Under the pieces are notes generated by a model. The model was not told the origin of the DNA and did not search any database. It worked only from the letters and a program-made list of their open reading frames with translations. A DNA stretch of 64,000 bases from Macrostomum lignano. Taxonomy: Eukaryota. The stretch's first letter is position 1; every line of letters starts with the position of its first letter. The position numbers were made by a program, and so were the translations under genes. Location of the stretch: positions 95,748 to 159,747 of the forward strand of contig NIVC01002582.1 in assembly GCA_002269645.1 (NCBI GenBank), given 5' to 3'. Below, one piece after another: positions 20,723 to 32,531 of this stretch.

Positions 20723-23700
20723 ATGGCACTAGTCTACCAGATCAAGCTCCTAGCCAACATGCTGTCGCGAAAGAAGACTCTAGACGAAGCTCACATGGAA
20801 GAGACTCAACTAAATCGCTGCCTAACAACTCTCGACCTCACCGCACTGGGCGTCGGCTCGACCCTGGGCGCCGGTGTCTACGTGATCGCCGGAGAGGTCG
20901 CCCAGAAAGCCACCGGCCCAGCTGTGGTCGCGTCGTTCTTCATTGCGGCGTCTGCGTCAATCTTGGCTGGCCTGTGCTACGCAGAATTCGGCGCCAGAGT
21001 GCCCAAGTCGGGCTCCGCTTACGTCTACAGCTACGTGTCAGTTGGAGAACTGATGGCCTTCGTCATCGGCTGGAATCTCATCCTCGAGTACGTGATTGGA
21101 ACTGCAAGCGTTGCTCGGGCTTGGTCGCAGAACTTTGACAGCCTAGTTGGCGGCAAGATTATCGATTTCTTCAAGGACTACATGAGCATGTCGCTTCCTG
21201 GACTGGCCGATTATCCTGACCTGTTCGCACTGGGCATGGTGCTGCTTCTAACGGCTATCATTGCTATCGGGGTCAAGGAGTCCGCCTGGGTGACAAACAT
21301 CTTCACTTTCATCAACCTGATTGTACTGGCTGTTGTGTTCGTTGCGGGATGCTTCTTGTCCAGCTTTGCTAACTGGAGCATCCGACCGGACTTGAACGGC
21401 ACGGTTGTGTACCACAATGTCACGTACTCGGCCGATCAAGTTGGCGATGGCGCCTTTCTGCCGTTCGGTCTGCAGGGTGTTGTCTCCGGCGCTGGGACCT
21501 GCTTCTACGCGTTTGTGGGATTCGATGCGATTGCCACGACTGGAGAAGAGGTTCGTTAGTGAGTTCATTGAGTTGTTTTAATGAATGTTACATAGCTATG
21601 TACGCTAGCACACGATAGATCACACAGGGTGGACAGAAGCTTTGACTTTCTCATTGTCAGACAGGCATGTACACGCTCTGTGCATTGAGAGTTTAACCTC
21701 ATTGTTGAGAATCGTTAAAGCTTTGCGGGCGCCCCTGTCTCTTGGTTGGCGCCCCTGTCTCTTGGTGGGCGCCCCTGTCTCTTGGTGGGCGCCCCTGTCT
21801 CTTGGTGGGCGCCCCTGTCTCTTGGTGGGCGCCCCTGTCTCTTGGTGGGCGCCCCTGTCTCTTGGTGGGCGCCCCTGTCTCTTGGTTGGCGCCCCTGTCT
21901 CTTGGTGGGCGCCCCTGTCTCTTGGTGGGCGCCCCTGTCTCTTGGTTGGCGCCCCTGTCTCTTGGTTGGCGCCCCTGTCTCTTGGTTGGCGCCTCTGTCT
22001 CTTGGTGGGCGCCCCTGTCTCTTGGTGGGCGCCCCTGTCTCTTGGTGGGCGCCCCTGTCTCTTGGTGGGCGCCCCTGTCTCTTGGTTGGCACCCCTACTC
22101 CTGTGTCCTAGGCCTAGGCCGGTTGAAAGTTGGGATCCTGCCATTTGTTGAGTACCATCTGTCCATTAGTTTTTGAGCAAAACTTTTGTAGGGACGATTG
22201 GGGCTCCTCTGCGTACGCCACTGTACAATAGCCAGATGCAAAAAATCAAGAACTAAATTTTAAGTACTCTACTAAAATGTTAGTAGTAGAATACCAATAT
22301 TTTTTTAAAATCCGCTCTTGATTAATCTATTTATAGGTGAAAAATCCTCAACGAGCTATCCCAATCAGCATCATTTTGAGTCTGGCAATTTGCTTCGTAG
22401 CCTACTGCGGCGTCAGCTCCGTTCTCACCTTGATGCAGCCGTACTTCGCTCTGGACCCGTTTGCGCCCCTGCCTCAAGCGTTCGCCGCTCACGGTTGGCT
22501 TGTTGCCAACTATTTCATCGCTGTTGGCGCCATCTGCGCCCTGTCCACTAGCCTGCTGGGAGCCATGTTCCCCCTGCCCCGAGTGGTCTACGCCATGGCT
22601 AGCGATGGGTTGATCTTTCGCTTTCTATCTCGGGTTCATCCGCGTCTCGCTACTCCATTAATTGCCACCGTGCTGACGGGAGTCATGGCCGGCGTCATGG
22701 CATGCATGTTCGAGCTGAAAGCACTGGTTGACATGATGTCTATCGGTACACTACTAGCCTACACTCTTGTAGCCCTGTCTGTGCTCATACTTCGCGGTAG
22801 TTGCGACGTTTTCAACAATCGAGCAGTGTCTGCTCCGAGTGAGACCCCTAGTGGAGAGCAGCAGGTTCTGGAAGAGCCCGTTGTTGCAGCGACAAGCTCA
22901 ATGAAAACTGTACTGGTCGACGTTGAGGAAACCGACTTTGTTGAGCTCATTGAGTCTACCAGAGCAGATAAATTTACGCTTAAATCCTATCTGAGCTGCT
23001 CATTCCGTAGAGGTGGCTACTCTGAGCCGAACAATCTGACTGAACAGGTCACTCGAGTCAACTCCGGCTTATTTATGATCTCAGCAGGTGTGTTGGCATT
23101 CGTACTTGAGCGGATGCCTAACCAACTGGGAGCTGGCAGGCCAGAAGCAGTGATCCCGGCATCCATTGCCTGCCTACTGTGTCTGTTAGCCATGATCAGT
23201 TTGGCCATGCAGCCGCAGAGTCGAAAACCAGTGGCTTTTAAGGTAATGCTATTTCATATGTCTTAAAGTGGTAAAGAAATTTATAAAGGGTTGACCTGAT
23301 GCTCACAAATGCTATTCCTGTGTCGCTTTGTAGACCCTTTGTAAACCGCGGCCTTTTTAGAGGCAGGGGCCTGTGTGCACCCTGACGCACTTTAAACGAC
23401 ATTTTCGCACAACCGGCGTGAGGCATTGCTGCCCATTCCGCCGACTCCCCTGAGCAGACACAAAAGCGCGCGGATACGTACGCAGTCATACGCACAGGCA
23501 CACACTCACACAGGAGTGTACAGCAGCCCTAACTTTATTTATCGTTAGGCATGTACACTTCACTGTGCCTTGGGGGTTGGCCGTCAAGAGCGTTAATTGC
23601 ACGAGCAGAGCCAAGCCGAGATTAGCTAGCCCCAAATTAATCTGACTGCACATGGAATCGAACCTGGGCTGCTGGCTACAGCCCCTACGGAATCTTTGAC

Positions 23701-24164
23701 CACGTACATTTTGCAGATGTGAATGAAAAAATTAAAATGGTTGAAATTAACTTTAAAACTTATCGTAACAATCAGAATGTTACAAATCAATTCTAAGGTT
23801 ATTTTCGTACGACAGATGCATGTTCCTATAATCCTGTCATCGACATCGAACTAAAACCAACTCTGATTGTCCTTATTTACCTTGGCTCTCACAGGTGCCC
23901 TGGGTGCCGTACCTTCCGTGTCTGTCTATCCTGGCCAATCTCTACCTGATGACCGCCCTATCAAGCAGTACATGGATTCGATTTATAGTCTGGAGCGCTA
24001 TCGGATTCCTTATTTACTTTGGCTACGGCCTGTTGCACAGCAACGAGCACGCGGTTCAGACTCGGCCGGTACTGCTGCTAGCGGCAGAGCAACAAAACCG
24101 GACATTGGTAGCCAACGGTGTTGGTGGCCGCGATAATCAGCAAATAAATAATTTGCACTTGTAA
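20723..24164 (+). CDS. Cationic amino acid transporter (CAT subfamily of SLC7, APC superfamily), about 667 aa
   Basis: Exons 20723-21550, 22337-23242, 23895-24164, all phase 0 and GT-AG. Motifs: [107 protein letters not shown]. The SLC7A1-4 ortholog cannot be resolved. Confidence 0.95.
21726..22092. repeat. 20-bp intronic minisatellite (GCGCCCCTGTCTCTTGGTGG)
   Basis: About 18 units in CAT intron 1. Confidence 0.95.
23375..23705 (-). mobile_element. SINE family B in CAT intron 2
   Basis: Shares the ACTTTATTTATCGTTAGGCATGTACACTTCACTGTGCCTTGGGG body with the other copies. Confidence 0.75.
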
Positions 24165-24303
24165 ATATGAGTGCCCGACAATTTACTACCAACAAAAGGA
24201 CCGTCGCAAGCTAGTCAGACATTTAAACTTCATCATGTGACTATAGTCAGAGTTTTGACTTTTAATGCGGAAATACTAACGTCTACCGTAAATGAATATC
24301 ATA

Positions 24304-24770
24304 CAACAACAACAACAACAAAATACGCGGCCCCGCAAGCAAAGTCAGTTAGAGCAGGGCGCGTCAGATAGCGCGCCGCAGAGCCTGGGAGCGAACGAAG
24401 TCCGCTCCGTTGGCAGTGTCTGGCGCCCCAGCGTCGCACAGCAGGCAGTCCACGTATCGACGGGTTCGGGCCTGACCCCGCCTGAACGGGCCCTGCAAGG
24501 TGAGCAGCAGGACGTCCTGAACGGGTTGGGGGCAGTAGCCCTCGGCCCGGATCACGTGGCCCGCCAGTTGGAGTCGCCGTCGGCGCAGGATGGTGGACGG
24601 GCGCTGCAGCTTGGCCCGATCGTACAGGGCCTCGGTCCCGACGCTCTCGTCAGCTCGAAAGGCCGCACGGAGCAGCCCTGAGTGCGCCGAGTCCAGCTGC
24701 CGCTCTAGCGTAGCCGTCAGCGTCCACGTCTCGGCGTTGTAGAGCAGGACGGTTTCGACCACCGCCTGCC
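24304..24770 (-). mobile_element. 5'-truncated RTE-clade LINE with a (TTG)n tail and a 10-bp target site duplication
   Basis: ORF VETVLLYNAETWTLT...LRRRRLQLAGHVIR is the RTE C-terminus. Tail (CAA)n on + at about 24304-24322. GAATATCATA at 24294-24303 and 24771-24780. Confidence 0.9.
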
Positions 24771-25199
24771 GAATATCATAACAAGGTTAATTAAATCTTT
24801 TGACGCTCCAGATTTTAATTGTCAATTTCCAATTCTCGGCTAAAGAGTGTGTGGATTAATTCTTTGAATTTTTTTTTGAAGATTGAGTTTATTTTTACTA
24901 TCTGGTACATCACTTCTGGTGGAATTTTTTCGTAAACGACACTCAGGGGCTCTACATGTAGAATGCTTGATTTAATTGTACATAAAAATATAGGCACCCA
25001 GACCGATACTTATAGTATACTTACCCAACCTGACTTTGTATACTCCGGTTTTAAAACCGTCTTAAGCCTCCTTACCTGCATCACGTACATACTGTACATT
25101 GAGTTAGATTTCATTAGTTCATCAAATATCCCGGAAAAGGCCTATAATTAAAAAGGAAACTTTATAAGTCGAACCCACCAGATCCATCATCTTGTACGT

Positions 25200-25830
25200 G
25201 GCCATATGGGTGCACTCGACCGACCAGCAGCCATTGCTATCGTCAGCTGCAGTTTCTGTGACGTCCAGCTTCCAGTGTTTGAAGCTCATCTCGGCGTCGT
25301 CATCTCAGACAGACACAAAGTACATCCATCCAGCAGGAATGGGGTCACTGTGGACGTATCTGATCTGCTTGGATTCGGCCGTCAACTTCAGAGCTGGTCT
25401 GCTCTCGACAACACTTTATAGCACCACCAGTAAAACTGCTAAAGACGTCTGTGACAAATTTTTCTAACAAAGTGAGTTGCCTTGCTGATGACGTAGAAGA
25501 TTCTGGTCTTCGGAGAACGCTGCTTTTCTTGGCTGAACAGCTGCTGCTCTGTCTGACCTTGCCGCATGCACGTCCTTACTCGGCACTCACTACTATGCTA
25601 TGTCTGACCTTCATGCTTAGAAGCAAAGCTTGCTACGCAACTTTGCGAGAAATTCTTTGCCTGCCACATCCAAAGTCAAAGACTCCTCAGAAACAGTTGG
25701 GTTGTTTTACCCACGTTGCATCTCAGAGTGAAGCAGAGCGTACTGCTTCTCATGTATTTGCATCACTGCCTCGCACTGGCGTTTGATGAAATGCACATTA
25801 AGCCATCTATTCTTTTGTTTCCTCGTTCGT
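25200..25830 (+). pseudogene. Degenerate P-element/THAP9-like transposase fragment
   Basis: LLFLAEQLLL...RPYSALTTMLCLTFMLRSKACYATLREILCLPHP, a frameshift, then ...LAFDEMHIKP. This resembles the YS..ll..S..aY..lr..lP and DEmxIK segments of P-like transposases. Recognised from memory only. Confidence 0.5.
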
Positions 25831-26047
25831 TAATGCGTCCGTCGTTAGATTTATTGGCATATCCTTGGATTTTTTGCTTACTATTTAAGCTGATAAAATA
25901 CATGCGTTCGTCTTACCTTAAATCAGCCAGCCCCCACATTTCTTACTCACTAAAGCCGAGTTTCCAGTCCCATCTTTCTATGGTAAACTTCTATCGCAGA
26001 AGTCGCTGTTATTGCAGTCCAGATTTCCTTGAAATTGGTTTGAATTT

Positions 26048-26143
26048 CCAACTGCTTCAGCGACAGCGAGAACTCTCTCTAGTGCGCAGGAACAAGTGGG
26101 ACGACATGCTGAGCACTAGGCTGAGTACAGTGGATTTTCTGTT
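26048..26143 (+). pseudogene. Decayed copy of a fragment of the fibrinogen-domain last exon
   Basis: AAGTGGGACGACA(TG)CTGAGCACTAGGCTGAGTACAG..TTTTCTGTT aligns with AAGTGGGACGACACTGAGCACTGGGCTGAGTACAG..TTCTCTGTT at about 27629-27676. Confidence 0.65.
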
Positions 26144-26305
26144 ATCAAGGAAACTCAGAAATTTCTACGTGGTCCAATCAGATGCATCTGACTATATGCA
26201 TCTACGCACGTCAAATACACATTAGATAGCTATACATACATATGCATAAATTCTACTAGATTCCAATCCCACTCAGACTATAGTCAACAACTCAGCAAAA
26301 CAATC

Positions 26306-27990
26306 ATGTACAATTTCGTAGCTTTGCTGACTCTGTGCTTAGCCACGGCTGCTTCTGCTGTTCAACTGCACGAAGTCGACAGCCAAAGCTGGTCAGGCGA
26401 TAAAGTGCGCGAGTTCCGCCTATCTTTCATCGACCAAGCCAACGATTTGCTGGAGTGCGCCGTTTTTGCAGCCAAGTACCTGCTTAGTGATCAGCTTCTG
26501 GTATTCATCAAAGGCGATGGAGCAGTGAAGTCTCAGTGCTTTTTAGGTGAGGAAAACATGAATGTTTTACTGCCGGTCTATTTTTTTAGATTCAAGCAAA
26601 ACTTTTCCGACACCTTTTTTCTCCAGCGAAGAAAACTCGTTGCCTCAGACTCCCGCGGAGCAGCCCTGCGACTTCATCATCAATAAAAGTAGGTGACCAA
26701 CTTCTAGCGATTTGAAATGATTTCGAAACAACTTCGGTGGTATCAGCGAACACATGTAGAATATATATTTCAGGTTTTCGTGACATCACTGCCAACTTGT
26801 TGGACAACAATTCAGCACCGAGTCGACAACACGATCGATTTTCATCGCAACTGGGCCGACTATGCTGCTGGATTTGGCCAGGAGCCAAGCCGAAACTTCT
26901 GGATTGGTGCGTACCTGTGCATAGCAAGGACCCTTAGAAGTTACCGTTTCATTAAGTCGTAATATTACCGTTCAATGGACAACTTGTGCTACTGTTTGAC
27001 TGGGGGTTAAACTAAAATTATTTTAAATTATGTACTGTTTGTTCTTTAAACAGTTTTTTTGCAGAATGCATTGCATCAAAGAGGTGTTTTCCCTGAAAAT
27101 CTTCGTTTGAGAAAAGTCTGACTAAAATTGCGTCTAGAATGATACTCTCATGCAGGACTCGGCCATAGATCTTATATAGAGAATAGAAGACGGGAGAGGA
27201 GAGATGACAAACAGAGAGGTGGGATGAGAGAAGAGATAAGAGAGCAGATAAGAGGAGAGAAGAGGTTAGAGAGCTGAGATAAGACACAAACCATAAACGG
27301 GCCGGAATGCTATTGCGAAGTTTCAAAAGACATGAGGGCCGGATGGAGAGGCTTCGCGAGCCTCATATGGCTCGCGGGCTGGAGTTTTCCGACCACTGCT
27401 CAAAGGAGACAGGAGGAGCGGTAACCGGCCTAGCTTCTATTCTGTGCGTTTGACAGCCTCTTGTAGAATTTTTTCCTGAATTTAAGTCGACAATAATTAT
27501 AAGATTGAACATATTGTCGGCCTTTCGGAATTCAACAAATAGGACTAATTATACCTTTCAATACAGGCCTTCGAACTCTTCACTGGCTGACCTCGCCAAC
27601 TGCTCGAACTCTTCGCGTGAGCATGAAAAAGTGGGACGACACTGAGCACTGGGCTGAGTACAGCAGCTTCTCTGTTGCCAACGAGGCTGAGAAATTTCGT
27701 TTAAGTTTTATCGGATTTTCAAGCTCATCAAGCCAGGTTGGAGACTCGATGGCGTATCACAATGGTATGTACTTTAGCACCTATAACTCGGACAACGATC
27801 TTTCGCCAAGCAATTGCGCTGCATTTTATAAAGGAGGTTGGTGGTACAAAGTATGTCATCATACTAATCCAAACGGCTTATACTATAATCTCCTGAGGCC
27901 GAAAATGTTCCAAGTGCTACTGGTATCAGTTGGCTCTTTGAATTTCAACACAAATATTCAATGAAGGAGTTTGAAATGCTAATCTGCTAA
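26306..27990 (+). CDS. Secreted fibrinogen-related domain (FReD) protein with an apparent 1-nt frameshift near the C-terminus
   Basis: Signal peptide MYNFVALLTLCLATAASA. Exons about 26306-26546, 26590-26688, 26760 or 26774-26906, 27567-27990; the exon 2/3 junction is not fully resolved. Motifs: WTTIQHRVDNTIDFHRNWADYAAGFG, NFWIGLRTLHWLT, HNGMYFSTYNSDND, NCAAFYKGGWWYKVCHHTNPNGLY. The canonical GISW...YSMKEFEMLI end is in another frame. Confidence 0.82.
27170..27398 (+). mobile_element. hAT-like family C element in FReD intron 3
   Basis: GA-rich tract, then GAGGGCCGGATGGAGAGGCTT...GCGGGCTGGAGTTTTCCGACCACTG. The end reads CAGTGGTCGGAAAACT on the reverse strand, resembling hAT/Charlie termini. 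Confidence 0.6.
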
Positions 27991-29044
27991 AACTTCACTA
28001 TATTGTAAAGCTTATAAATTTACAAATATATACCTGTTGAACAGACTAGGTAAGAACTTTTTATGAATGGAACTCTGCACTGTCTTGCAATACCGATCTT
28101 ATTGACTCAGTTTTAATACTACACTGACCTTTTTGAGACCCAATTTAAATGTACAACCAGATTTTATTCACATATGAATTGCATAGAAAACTGACTTAAT
28201 TATGGCGCACCTTTTATGTTCTACCCAATGACGCTGACTCTACTTTGTTTGTTTAGAAGTGCAAGACCTTGCTATAATGAGTATTGTAAGGAAACAATAT
28301 TACTCGTATGTAAAAACCTATTTGATCTAAAATAATACAACTAATTTTTATCAACGTTCAAACTTAGCAAGCGATTTCTAAGAACTAGAAAATCAATAAA
28401 AAGAAAATATTTGGATTTTTCGGTTCAATCATTTTCGGAATTTTTTGTAGCAAGATAAAATTGCAGCCATAGAGAGGGTTTACTCTTGTCATTAACCGAG
28501 CTTGCTTCTGGGCACGTGAGTGGAATGAGAGGCAGAAATGAAATGAAATGGTACCAGTATACGACTTTTAGTCTGAACCTGTGACAGGCAGGCTGATAGC
28601 TGCATGGTCATCACTTTATCCCACCCCAAATGATTGCTGTCGCATCGACTGAATCTATCAATTTGGGAAGCTTTCCAGCTCCCGCTGTTGCATGGACAGC
28701 TCTATTATTCATGAAGAATGTGGAATTGCAGTTGGGAAGCTATAAAAATGAAATAATAGAGGCGACTGTTGAGAACGATGCCTTTTAGTTTAGTCAGTTT
28801 AGTCCATTTTGTTGGACTAAGATTTTTGTTTCTGCATAGAAGAGCATAACTCATAAAGCACACAAAATTCAAGTATATGATAGAACTATCTGTTGTGCAG
28901 CCATCCAAAGTTGACGGGCTCTGATAATTTTTAGATATTCAATTGTAGCTTACGATTAATAAGGACCAAAAAGGTTTAAAATTTTTACTGTTACTGTATT
29001 TTACAAGTCTTCTTAAGTTTATCTAACTGTAGGTAACTCTAGAG

Positions 29045-29165
29045 GGGGTTGTAGCCTAATGTGTGTGGCGACCCCCCAGTCCTTGGACTGAACAGCCGTA
29101 CGCAAGCTTCAAGATGCGCCGCGCAATAGCTGCGGCTGGGCTGTCGGTTGCACATCTGCCTATTA
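29045..29165 (+). mobile_element. Internally deleted SINE family A
   Basis: The head GGGGTTGTAGCCTA is joined directly to the 3' body TGTGTGTGGCGACCCCCAGTCCTTGGACTG...GCACATCTG. Confidence 0.75.
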
Positions 29166-29429
29166 TAGGGCAGGTGTAATCAAATATTGTTATAAGAATG
29201 TAACTCGTATCGTTTTCAAATACTCGTACGTATAACAAGATGTACATGTAGCCAGCTAAACCCCGTACAGCAATCTAACGTTGGTCGAGGTTTCCGATGA
29301 CTATCAACTTCGGTTACGTCGCTATAGGAAATGGGTATCTTCACATTGCACCGACTTTCAGCTGATGTATATAACGCCGTTAATTGTCGTTGCAATGTAA
29401 AAATACCCCATTTCCCACTTCGAGGGGTG

Positions 29430-30488
29430 TCAAAATGTTGCGCGGGAAAGTGAAGTACTTATGGTTGTCTCGGGGTTGTCTCGAGGTGGCCTGGTAGGTC
29501 TTTGAATCCCACCGCTGCCACCAATGTTGTACCTGTGCTTCTCCTGCTGTCTAGCACAGTGATTTTGGCTCTCCGTCTTCTCAACCGGAAGCCTTCTAAT
29601 ATTAGCTCTTAGTAGCGTAGGTAGTGCTGCCACAGTTCCTTCAGGTCTCGGCCTTCAGTGAGGTGAGCTTCCCGTCGGAACGAAATAAACAAGTCAACGA
29701 ACTCAGCACAGCGTGCAGATTTGCAGATTAATGAACAAGGCGTCCTGGTCAGCAGATCCCGCCGGGCTCAGGGGCTGGGAAGGCAGTGTTAGCCTCGATC
29801 CTTAGGCTTGGGCGTCAATGGGCAAAACTGAACGGAGTCTAGAAAACTAGACTAAAGAAGAACAACAAGAAGACAATAAGAAGACTAATTCGACAACTAC
29901 GAGTAGGAGACTAAGAAGACAAATTCTTGACTGAACCAAGGGTGAGGGGCACGTATTTATAGGCAGGAAATCCCCGCTGCACCAGTGTGCGCCGGACCTC
30001 CTGACTCTGTTCTATTTTAGAACTGACGTCACTCTCTGCCTTAGAGAAGGCAGGCTCTGCGGGTAAAGTGCACAGAGTGCATGGCTCATCATCTATTTTT
30101 AGAAACATGAGTCACCTATTACCTTAGAGAAGGCAAGGGCCCCGAAGCACGTGATTCCTCCTGTAAACACGGGCCAACGAATGCAGTAAACATGTTTACT
30201 GCACTTTAGGACTTCGCGAAAACAAGACTTGTCAGGTGACTTGCTCACATGACAAGGAAAACAGGCCGCCAGCGTGACCTCAGGACAGAAACGAACCGCA
30301 GAGCAGGCCACAGCAGAGAAGCTCGTGGCTGCAAGCAAGAGCGCAGAGAAGAGGGGGGCGCCAGAGAACAGGCAGCAAAAAGGGAGGGAGGCTGCCCAGC
30401 GGCAGACAGCAACCCAGGGCGAGGGCGAGGGCGAAGGAAGCTGCTGACAATAGTGCGACGCCGAACACCAAACTAGCAGATCACTACA
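29430..30488 (-). mobile_element. LTR retrotransposon 5' LTR (about 29525-30488) with a tRNA-Leu primer binding site (29504-29523), internal region lost
   Basis: On - the LTR ends ...GTACAACA, then one T, then TGGTGGCAGCGGTGGGATTC, complementary to the 3' 20 nt (incl. CCA) of eukaryotic tRNA-Leu(AAG/UAG) as recalled. TATAAATA on - near 29960. Candidate LTR start TGTAGTG at 30488; this end is uncertain. Confidence 0.72.
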
Positions 30489-31109
30489 AAAGTAATATCG
30501 TAGCTAGGTCGCTTAACCTCATAAATCCCGAAATTTCGATACGTCAAAGACGACATAATTCACAAGTTCGAAATCTTATAAACTTGAAGGTTAAAAGTCT
30601 CGAAGTTTCCTCTCCAATTTTGCTTAAAAATCATCGAAATCGATTAAAGAGCTTGCGGAAGTGACTATATTAAGACTCTTGGACGATGTGAACTTTAAGC
30701 TTGAAAAATGGAAAGATTGTCAAATGCAATATGATGCGAAACATTCGGGAAACCCCGCTATTGTAGATAGCCATGTAGCTACTAGCTCGTATGCATTGCT
30801 ATTACGAGAGTACAACTAAAATAGTCAATTTTAAACATGAAACAAAGCGAACTCTGGAATTTATTTTGTACAAGTCCATTAAAAGCTTCGTCCTTGTTAA
30901 AGATTAACGAAAAAAAATAGATTTGGCATAAGCTATTGAAATTTATTTTTTTAAGCACATAAACAATAATTTCATCTGAGAAGTAAATATATATAAATCT
31001 AAGCTGAATCTATGATGTACGAGTACAGTGTTACTTTTAAAAAATTTTTCACGATGTGAATTACTACGGTAGCTACAATTAACATAATACCCGGTTGAAA
31101 ATAAATCAG

Positions 31110-32320
31110 GATTGGCCCACTAAAATTGGCCCACTGATCGGCCACTTCGTGTCCCAAAAGCCCACTGAAAAAGCCCCCTTATTTTTACAAATCATGCTCA
31201 GCCCACTGCTCGGCCCATCTGACGGCCCACTGAAATAAAGCCCACTGATCGGCCCACTGACGGCCCACTGAAATGAAGCCCACTGACGGCCACTGAAATA
31301 AAGCCCACTGATCGGCCCACTGACGGCCCACTGAAATGAAGCCCACTTATCGGCCCACTGACGGCCCACTGAAATGAAGCCCACTTATCGGCCCACTGAC
31401 GGCCCACTGAAATGAAGCCCACTGATCGGCCCACTGACGGCCCACTGAAATGAAGCCCACTGACGGCCCACTGAAATAAAGCCCACTGATCGGCCCACTG
31501 ACGGCCCACTGAAATGAAGCCCACTTATCGGCCCACTGACGGCCCACTGAAATAAAGCCCACTTATCGGCCCACTGACGGCCCACTGAAATGAAGCCCAC
31601 TGATCGGCCCACTGACGGCCCACTGAAATGAAGCCCACTGACGGCCCACTGAAATAAAGCCCACTGATCGGCCCACTGACGGCCCACTGAAATGAAGCCC
31701 ACTTATCGGCCCACTGACGGCCCACTGAAATGAAGCCCACTTATCGGCCCACTGACGGCCCACTGAAATGAAGCCCACTGACGGCCCACTGAAATAAAGC
31801 CCACTGATCGGCCCACTGACGGCCCACTGAAATGAAGCCCACTTATCGGCCCACTGACGGCCCACTGAAATGAAGCCCACTTATCGGCCCACTGACGGCC
31901 CACTGAAATGAAGCCCACTGATCGGCCCACTGACGGCCCACTGAAATGAAGCCCACTGACGGCCCACTGAAATAAAGCCCACTGATCGGCCCACTGACGG
32001 CCCACTGAAATGAAGCCCACTTATCGGCCCACTGACGGCCCACTGAAATGAAGCCCACTTATCGGCCCACTGACGGCCCACTGAAATGAAGCCCACTGAC
32101 GGCCCACTGAAATAAAGCCACTGATCGGCCCACTGACGGCCCACTAAAATGAAGCCCACTGATCGGCCCACTGACGGCCCACTGAAATGAAGCCCACTGA
32201 CGGCCCACTGAAATAAAGCCCACTGATCGGCCCACTGACGGCCCACTGAAATGAAGCCCACTGATCGGCCCACTGAAATAAAGCCCACTGACGGCCCACT
32301 ATGTCGTCACGTCGGGAATA
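31110..32320. repeat. Modular GCCCACTG minisatellite (units of about 25-38 bp)
   Basis: Mixed modules CGGCCCACTGA / CGGCCCACTGAAATGAAGCCCACTGAT / ...AATAAAGCCCACT. Confidence 0.95.
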
Positions 32321-32531
32321 AAAAAATAATACAACAATGTACAATGTGAAGTGTTACATATTGTTACAATGTAACAACGTGCACTCATTTGTGTCCAGTC
32401 TCAAATATAAAATTGTAACCCCTGACTGATGGGCATTTTGTTTGACTATATTTATATACGCCTTAGACGTTGGACGTCTTGGGCACGAAGTCGAAAATTT
32501 GAACTTTAAAACTTTAAAACTTTAAAATGAG

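Noticed and set aside
29504-29523. tRNA-Leu gene
   Set aside because: Only the last 20 nt are present and they include CCA, which eukaryotic tRNA genes do not encode. This fits a PBS.
30482-30492. CACTACAAAA as a CACTA transposon terminus for the BEN-like element
   Set aside because: No matching terminus was found on the right side. It is equally explained as the TGTAGTG start of the LTR on -.
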